Below are positions 63,811 to 64,000 of a DNA stretch of 64,000 bases, piece by piece (the stretch's first letter is position 1; each line of letters starts with the position of its first letter). A program made the translations under genes and the position numbers. The notes beneath the pieces are model-generated. The model did not search any database. It was given only the letters and a program-made list of their open reading frames with translations, and was not told the origin of the DNA. The DNA comes from Camelus ferus (Eukaryota). The stretch is from the NCBI RefSeq assembly GCF_009834535.1, contig NC_045696.1, positions 115,570,001 through 115,634,000 of the forward strand, given 5' to 3'.

Positions 63811-64000
63811 CTGATTTGGGGAAAAAAATATTGTGATTCCACCAGCATTCATTTACGATTATTGAAGTCATTTATTCTCTGTGGCACACAAATATATCAT
63901 TTGTCGAAATATATTGGCTTTTAAAAATGATCTTTTACTATTTATTTTCTCTGTTGAAAGAGAACATGAAACTAACCTACAAGCATATTCAATAGAAATT

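Noticed and set aside
1..64000. CRISPR array or prokaryotic system
   Set aside because: Sequence is mammalian; no repeat-spacer arrays or operon-like ORFs.

Overview
Repeat-rich mammalian genomic DNA, most likely a camelid, based on two tRNA-derived Vic-1-like SINEs and cetartiodactyl-type L1 3' ends. I see no intact protein-coding gene, and nearly all supplied ORFs are chance or repeat-derived. The main result is a decayed multi-exon gene on the minus strand. About 17 small exons between ~63.8 kb and ~28.9 kb, mostly bounded by canonical AG/GT splice sites, join by hand into ~510 codons of protein-like sequence. That reading has roughly a dozen stops, at least two frameshifts and three damaged splice sites, and I do not recognise the protein, so it is a candidate unitary pseudogene. 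A small CpG island lies in one of its introns. Other contents: a 5'-truncated class I ERV (3' LTR plus pro-pol), many solo LTRs, L1/L2/MIR/DNA-transposon fossils, an inverted 5S rRNA-L1 chimera inside one target-site duplication (TSD), a twin-primed L1, and an unexplained ~140-bp inverted repeat with a nested hairpin. Repeat family names are from memory of consensus sequences, not from a search; most repeat boundaries are approximate.
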